Origin: Lingula anatina
Lineage: Eukaryota; Animalia; Brachiopoda
Assembly: GCA_051362555.1 (NCBI GenBank)
Contig: CM120640.1
Coordinates: 25,034,225-25,098,224 of the forward strand
Length of the DNA: 64,000 nucleotides
Direction of reading: 5' to 3'
In this document: piece after piece, positions 63,781 to 64,000 of the stretch
Position numbering within the stretch: the stretch's first letter is position 1
How the letters are laid out: each line of letters opens with the position of its first letter
Notes under the pieces: model-generated
Database searches by the model: none
Seen by the model: the letters and a program-made list of their open reading frames with translations, nothing else
Told to the model about the DNA's origin: nothing
Program-made: the position numbers and the translations under genes

Positions 63781-64000
63781 CAGTTTGTCTCTTCAGTCGC
63801 TCATTCGTCCTCTTAGGCTCGTTTGCGTTCATCCAACTACGATTATTTCAGCTAAGCTCTATTAAAATGGACCTTACGGAAACCCCAACCGTCATTTGGA
63901 CGTCATTCCAGTCTACGTGCAGCATGCATTTATAGTGCGGACTTTCAAATGATTCTGTTATTCATAATATGGTTAACATAGAACAAGAACTTGAGATGTC

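Overview
AT-rich, intron-rich animal genomic DNA, probably a marine invertebrate; the taxon cannot be fixed from the sequence. Most ORFs in the supplied track are spurious. Supported content: (1) the 5' part of an UNC13/Munc13 gene on the minus strand, with 10 phase-compatible coding exons from ATG 39705 to 848 covering the C2A domain and the calmodulin-binding motif, continuing off the left edge; (2) a complete 6-exon minus-strand gene (63780-59172, 560 aa) for a signal-peptide, C-terminally anchored serine beta-lactamase/PBP-fold hydrolase; (3) several non-autonomous DNA transposons: Harbinger-type MITEs (one nested in another), two Helentron/DINE-1-like elements and a 1.7-kb fold-back element; (4) the standout, a 514-bp miniature LTR retrotransposon (46780-47293) with three 132-bp LTRs, each carrying a full tRNA cloverleaf with Pol III A/B boxes, plus a tRNA-Leu PBS, a PPT and a 4-bp TSD. 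This element is inserted into (5) a putative plus-strand, TATA-driven, multi-exon transcript (about 46642-52250) built from tandemly amplified exon-intron units and minisatellite exons, with no recognisable protein.
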